NCBI GenBank assembly: GCA_963934385.1
Contig: CAWVYO010000002.1
Span: 1-41,063, forward strand
From: an uncultured bacterium
GTDB taxonomy: Bacteria > Myxococcota_A > UBA796 > CAJQPC01
Length of the DNA: 41,063 nt
Direction: 5' to 3'
Under the pieces are notes generated by a model, which had not been told where the DNA came from, did no database searches, and saw only the letters and a list, made by a program, of their open reading frames with translations. Shown here piece after piece: positions 36,486 to 41,063 of the stretch. Position 1 is the first letter of the stretch. Each line of letters begins with the position of its first letter. The position numbers and the translations under genes were made by a program.

Positions 36486-39400
36486 ATGAGGAAGCTGTTT
36501 CCAGCGTTTGCCATTCGTCGCCCTGTGACGGTACTTATGCTCCTAGTGGCTATCTGCGTGGTTGGCTTAGGAGCGATCGCGAAGATTCCTCTGCAGATGA
36601 TGCCTTCTGGTTTCGCTCCTCCGTTTTTGTGGGCTTGGATACCGTACGAACAGAGCTCAACTATTGAGGCTGAGCGGACAATTGTTAGACCTGTTGAGGC
36701 TCAGTTGTCTACTGTCGCTGGAATAAAAACACTTAGAAGTTCGGCATCAAGAGAGTATGCAGGGTTTTTTATTGAGCTTCATGGGTCTACAGAACCAGCA
36801 GACGCCTACAACGCAATAGCTGACCGAATGGAACGGGTGATGATGGAGTTACCCGACGACGTTGGTGACTATCAACTCCGTAGGTACAACCCAGACGACG
36901 AACCTGTGATTTGGGCGGGGGTATCTCTTCCAGAGGGAATATCGGATCCATATGCTACACTTAAAAGGGGGCTTTTAGCTGAGCTAGAACGGCTTCCAGG
37001 AGTGGCAAAGGTAGACATATGGGGTCTAAATCCTAAGCAAGTCATAATCGAATTTGACCGAGAGCAGCTCATGGCCCACGCTGTTGACCTTGGGTCTGTC
37101 ATGGGCTCTCTGATGTCGGATAATTTTCAGGGCGCCGCAGGAGTGGTCACTGATTTTGGCTCCGAACGCTACCTGCGCTCGCTAGCGGTCTGGGAGAGTG
37201 TAGAAGACATAGCGGAAACCCCTATCGGGGGCGGGCTAACCGTTAGCGATGTAGCCACTGTAAACCTAATGGCGGAACCAACGTCGGATATTGGTAGAAT
37301 TGAGGGTCGACCTGCGATCGGTGTCGCTATCTACAAAGAATCCACAGCAAACACTGTCTCAGTCACCTCTGATGCCAGGATGCTTTTGTCTGGGACGAGT
37401 GCATCCGATTGGAGCTCTGAAGAGACATCTGAATCGGGGAAGTTAATCCAGACCTTTATCTTCTTTGATCAGGGTGAAACGATCACTGAAGCCATAGACA
37501 ACCTAAAGAACAGCGCCTTTCAAGGAGGTATATTAGCTGTCTTTGTGCTGTTTTTGTTCCTGAGAGAGATTCGAATGACTCTCATGGTAGCCGCAGCTAT
37601 TCCTCTATCGATGCTGGCTACGGTAGGGGTCGTCTTTGCCACTGGTGGGAGTATGAATCTACTCACCTTGTTGGGTCTGATGATTGCGGTTGGGATGGTA
37701 GTGGACAATTCAATCGTTGTTATTGAGACTATCTTCAAGCACCGACAAATGGGAGAGTCCCCTAAGGAGGCGGCTATTGCGGGTACGGGAGAGGTGTCCT
37801 TAGCTATACTACTCTCTACTATGACCACCATGGTGGTCTTTTTACCACTAATTTTGATGAGCGATGACGCTATGTTTTCGTTCTTTATGGGTCAGCTCGG
37901 GATGCCTGTTATCTACGCTTTGGGGGCGAGCCTTGTCGTGGCGCTGTTGTTTACTCCCTTATCTACGCTGCTCGTAAAAGATCAGAAGATGCATGAACCT
38001 AAGTCTATATTGTGGTTGACAAAACACTACAAACGAGCGCTCAAGTGGCTACTTTTGCATCGCAACGACAGCTCAATGGGACTCATAGGGCTGGTGTTTA
38101 TCACTGTGATGATCCCAATGAGCGTAGTGCAGTGTTCGGAGTCCTCCGATGGCATGATGGGGGAGTTCACAGTCAATTACCGGGTCGGTAGTCACTTCAC
38201 CCACTCCGAAGTGGAGGATGTGACCGACGTATTAGAGGAATGGGTTGATTCTCGTCGAGAGGATTGGCAGGTCGATGTTTATCGAATTCGATATGACGGA
38301 GGTAATGGTCGTGGTCGCCTGCAAGTTCAGTTGTCGGATGATCTCTCTGCATCCGAGCGCGTTTCTGTAATGGAAGAGGTGGAAGAGACGCTTCCTGTTG
38401 TTGTCGGAGTAGATATCTATGTCTCTCGTAGCAATGGCGGTGGAGCTAGGGGCAACAGTATCAATTTCGAGATTTTGGGCGACGATCCAGAGGTTTTGGC
38501 TCAAGTCACCGAGGAGGTTCGTCAACGGATTATTGACTTGGACTCAGTTATGCAGGTTGAAAACCCACTCGAAGGAGGAGGTAATTCAGAACTACTGCTT
38601 CAGCTTGATCGTGACGCTTTAGACCAGTCTGGTTTAAATGGGGCGTGGGTTGGCCCCACGATAGGATTCGCGATGCGAGGTCGCAGGCTGAGTGATTGGA
38701 GGGACGGTGATTCTGAGTACCCCATAATGGCTCGTTTCTCGGCTGAGGATCGCTCAGGCATCGACGCTCTAATGAACTTACCGATCTATGGCACTACAGG
38801 GGTGCCAGTGCCCTTGAGAGCCGTCACGGATCTTGAACAGGCTGAGGGGTTTGGGACTATCCGGAGAGTGAATGGGGTGTCGGGGTTGGAGCTTAATGTG
38901 GAGCTAAAAGAGGACATTACCAACGAAGACGCGATGTTGGAGATCGTCGATGCGATGGAACAAGTTGTTTTCCCTCCAGGGGTAAGTTGGTCTAAAGATC
39001 GCTACGAGTCTGATAAAGAAGGTGATTATGGCGCCCAAAAGAAGGCTATGATCCTTTCATCCGTGTTGGTTTTTCTCCTTATGGGCATCCTGTTTGAGAG
39101 CTTTCTGTTGCCATTCGCGATCATTATGACACTGCCTATGGCTGGCATAGGAGTCTACTGGACTCTATTCTTTACGAACACGCCGTTTGATATGATGGTT
39201 GGGATCGGCTTGGTCATATTAATAGGCGTTGTAGTAAACAACGGGATCGTTCTTATTGATAGGGTGACCACCTTGCGAGATGAGGGTCACAGCCGAGAAG
39301 AGGCATTGATAATGGCTGGCGAGCGCCGGTTGCGCCCAATCCTTATGACAGCTATGACCACGATCACAGGTCTCTTGCCTATGGCATTTGGCACCCGATC

Positions 39401-39575
39401 CTTTATTGGAATACCATATGCCCCGCTGGGTATCTCTGTCGCAGGAGGCCTCGCCACGGCAACCTTGCTCACTCTCTTTCTTCTCCCTATTCTCTACACG
39501 ATTTTTGACGACCTTAGGGGCGTTGTTATGAGATACTGGGGTTACGTTTTGGCTAATGCATCGGAGCGCGAATGA
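36486..39575 (+). CDS. RND efflux permease (AcrB/AcrD/AcrF family), subunit 2
   Basis: IRRPVTV, GMVVDNSIVV, GVVVNNGIVLID and RLRPILMTA. Confidence 0.95.
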   Translation: MRKLFPAFAIRRPVTVLMLLVAICVVGLGAIAKIPLQMMPSGFAPPFLWAWIPYEQSSTIEAERTIVRPVEAQLSTVAGIKTLRSSASREYAGFFIELHGSTEPADAYNAIADRMERVMMELPDDVGDYQLRRYNPDDEPVIWAGVSLPEGISDPYATLKRGLLAELERLPGVAKVDIWGLNPKQVIIEFDREQLMAHAVDLGSVMGSLMSDNFQGAAGVVTDFGSERYLRSLAVWESVEDIAETPIGGGLTVSDVATVNLMAEPTSDIGRIEGRPAIGVAIYKESTANTVSVTSDARMLLSGTSASDWSSEETSESGKLIQTFIFFDQGETITEAIDNLKNSAFQGGILAVFVLFLFLREIRMTLMVAAAIPLSMLATVGVVFATGGSMNLLTLLGLMIAVGMVVDNSIVVIETIFKHRQMGESPKEAAIAGTGEVSLAILLSTMTTMVVFLPLILMSDDAMFSFFMGQLGMPVIYALGASLVVALLFTPLSTLLVKDQKMHEPKSILWLTKHYKRALKWLLLHRNDSSMGLIGLVFITVMIPMSVVQCSESSDGMMGEFTVNYRVGSHFTHSEVEDVTDVLEEWVDSRREDWQVDVYRIRYDGGNGRGRLQVQLSDDLSASERVSVMEEVEETLPVVVGVDIYVSRSNGGGARGNSINFEILGDDPEVLAQVTEEVRQRIIDLDSVMQVENPLEGGGNSELLLQLDRDALDQSGLNGAWVGPTIGFAMRGRRLSDWRDGDSEYPIMARFSAEDRSGIDALMNLPIYGTTGVPVPLRAVTDLEQAEGFGTIRRVNGVSGLELNVELKEDITNEDAMLEIVDAMEQVVFPPGVSWSKDRYESDKEGDYGAQKKAMILSSVLVFLLMGILFESFLLPFAIIMTLPMAGIGVYWTLFFTNTPFDMMVGIGLVILIGVVVNNGIVLIDRVTTLRDEGHSREEALIMAGERRLRPILMTAMTTITGLLPMAFGTRSFIGIPYAPLGISVAGGLATATLLTLFLLPILYTIFDDLRGVVMRYWGYVLANASERE

Positions 39576-41011
39576 CTCTCTCTTTTTTATTACTCTCTGT
39601 CACTATGGCGAGAGAAGTCTCTTTGAACGATGCCCTTCAGGCAGCGTGGGACGACAACACCGACGTAGCAGTGGCTATGGCGGAAGTTCTCGCTAGCGAG
39701 GGGCGTGAGTTGAGCGCTCGCGGAGTGGGTGACATACAGCTCGGTCTTAACGCCAACTACAGCCCTATGGTTAGTGAGGGGCGCGGTCAGGGGTTTGTCT
39801 ACAGGCTCGACCAGGCAATGGCGGGTTGGGGTTCTAGTCTATCTCAGACCCTGCCAACAGGGACGACGTGGAACCTTAAATTCAACGGTATTCGAACACC
39901 CCCAGCAGAATACAGTTTCTCAGTTTCGGGTCAAGAAGTCACAGAGACAACTGACACAACCCACCAGACTAACTTTGCCCTTGAGTTCAGTCAGCAGTTA
40001 CTCGCAGGTCATCGATTATCATATAATCTTAGATCTATATCCACAGCGGAAAATACGACTAATCAGTCCGAGTTGAGGCTACAATCTGCGAGGATAGCTG
40101 TTGGGTTGGATACGGCTAGGGCCTATTGGGATTTAGCGTTGGCGTCTGGCTCTAAGGATCTGGCAGAGAACGCGGTTGTAGTCGCGACAGAGGAGTCCCG
40201 TGTGGTCAGTGCGTTGTTGGAGGGGGGGAGCGCTGCTCCGGTTGACTCAGCACGCGCTGCGAGCGCTCTAGCGACCGCTGAGCTTTCTCTCTTAGATACT
40301 GAAGAGGGGCTATTGGCGGCGATGGACAACTTAGCGAGGCTTACGGGCTGGGAAGTAGGTGAGGAATTGTTACCGAGCACACTTCCTGGGGAGGTACAAG
40401 TAGGATTGAACGTAGATATGCAGAGCTCTGTTGAGGCTACACTAGCCTCAAACCCCAACATCGCCCTTCAGAGGCTTGCCCTTGATCAGGCAGAAGCAGA
40501 GGTCTCTTGGGCTCGCCATGCGACCCTGCCGAACCTCTCTTTGGTAGGTCAGGTGGGCTGGAGTGGTTACGAGGAGGGTAAGCTTTCAGCCTCCTTGGCT
40601 GAGCTGACATCTATGGCTCTGCCGAGCCATTTTGTAGGTATTGAGTTCAACGCGCCACTGGGCAACAGAGCTAGTACAGGGATGCTACACACCCAGACTG
40701 CGATGTTGGCAATGTCGCATGCTAACGCTGAGGCTGCCACTAACGCACTAATCCAACAGGTGGCTTCGGCGGTGAGGACTCTCCAGAGTGCGGATCAGCG
40801 AGTGGAACTATCTGATCGAACAGTTGAGTTGGCTCAGCAGACTCTGGCGGCAGAGGTAGCGCTACGCGACGCTGGGCGCGGTCTTGAGCGAGAGGTGTTG
40901 CAGGCTCAATCAAGCCTAATCCAGATGAGACAAAACGCCCTGCGTGCACGAATTGACTATCGCAAGGCGCTGGTTGAGTTGCGGGGGTTGCGCGGGGAGT
41001 TGTTGCAGTAG
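39572..41011 (+). CDS. TolC-family outer-membrane efflux channel
   Basis: Signal peptide, SLNDALQAA..N, AYWDL..A, PNLSL and two OEP-like helical repeats. ATGA overlap with RND2. Confidence 0.9.
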   Translation: MTLSFLLLSVTMAREVSLNDALQAAWDDNTDVAVAMAEVLASEGRELSARGVGDIQLGLNANYSPMVSEGRGQGFVYRLDQAMAGWGSSLSQTLPTGTTWNLKFNGIRTPPAEYSFSVSGQEVTETTDTTHQTNFALEFSQQLLAGHRLSYNLRSISTAENTTNQSELRLQSARIAVGLDTARAYWDLALASGSKDLAENAVVVATEESRVVSALLEGGSAAPVDSARAASALATAELSLLDTEEGLLAAMDNLARLTGWEVGEELLPSTLPGEVQVGLNVDMQSSVEATLASNPNIALQRLALDQAEAEVSWARHATLPNLSLVGQVGWSGYEEGKLSASLAELTSMALPSHFVGIEFNAPLGNRASTGMLHTQTAMLAMSHANAEAATNALIQQVASAVRTLQSADQRVELSDRTVELAQQTLAAEVALRDAGRGLEREVLQAQSSLIQMRQNALRARIDYRKALVELRGLRGELLQ

Positions 41012-41014
41012 CAG

Positions 41015-41037
41015 GTGACCGTTTTTTAACGGTTCAC
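41015..41037 (+). terminator. possible intrinsic terminator hairpin after tolC
   Basis: gtgaccgtt-tttt-aacgg[t]tcac: 9-bp stem with one bulge. The downstream T tract is weak. Confidence 0.3.
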
Positions 41038-41063
41038 TACTAGCTTTTACTTGGTCACGGCAT

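Noticed and set aside
33112-39575. Calling the permeases mdtB/mdtC or acrB
   Set aside because: The proton-relay motifs (DN/NN) and lengths differ from those proteins, and orthology cannot be shown without a phylogeny.
1252-40949. Numerous short alternative-frame ORFs in the track (e.g. 10669..11073, 12609..13037, 15876..16262, 18462..18899, 23951..24343, 30644..30874, 31790..32134)
   Set aside because: They overlap long genes with clear family motifs, show no motifs of their own and look like shadow ORFs.
1-41063. tRNA, rRNA, riboswitch, IS or prophage elements
   Set aside because: Intergenic gaps are at most about 200 nt and show no cloverleaf, riboswitch core, terminal inverted repeats, transposase or phage genes. 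I saw no cobalamin riboswitch upstream of the B12 enzyme.

Overview
A very gene-dense bacterial window, about 50% GC by eye, with no rRNA, tRNA, CRISPR or mobile element that I can support. It comes from a Gram-negative (diderm) bacterium: it has TolC, lipoboxes and c-type cytochromes. A Myxococcota/Deltaproteobacteria-like origin is inferred from a conserved HEAT-repeat protein, a MYXO-CTERM-like tail and many Cys-rich lipoproteins. In order: (1) a partial type I asparaginase (missed by the ORF track) and two related 8-Cys lipoproteins; (2) a ~15.6 kb cell-surface glycosylation region with a GT4, a TMTC-like GT-C/TPR protein, a B12 radical SAM enzyme, two tandem PKD-repeat lipoproteins, a beta-propeller protein, two further GT-C-like membrane proteins, a divergent GH2-like lipoprotein and a Dpm1-like GT2; (3) an exported HMA, cytochrome c, START and TlpA cluster; (4) a secreted caspase-fold protein whose catalytic Cys is replaced by Thr; (5) a LamG lipoprotein-Yip1-HDOD-MBL hydrolase-thermonuclease gene run; (6) a heme c/copper type II monooxygenase-like lipoprotein downstream of pntAB; (7) a MYXO-CTERM-like surface protein and an MFP-RND-RND-TolC efflux operon. 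The strongest candidate for an undescribed system is the region that pairs three GT-C enzymes and a lipid-phosphate sugar synthase with co-transcribed Ser/Thr-rich PKD (cadherin-like) lipoproteins, resembling eukaryotic TMTC-type O-mannosylation. All family calls come from motifs read by eye; no database search was run. Several starts were moved from the ORF track using RBS and signal-peptide evidence.
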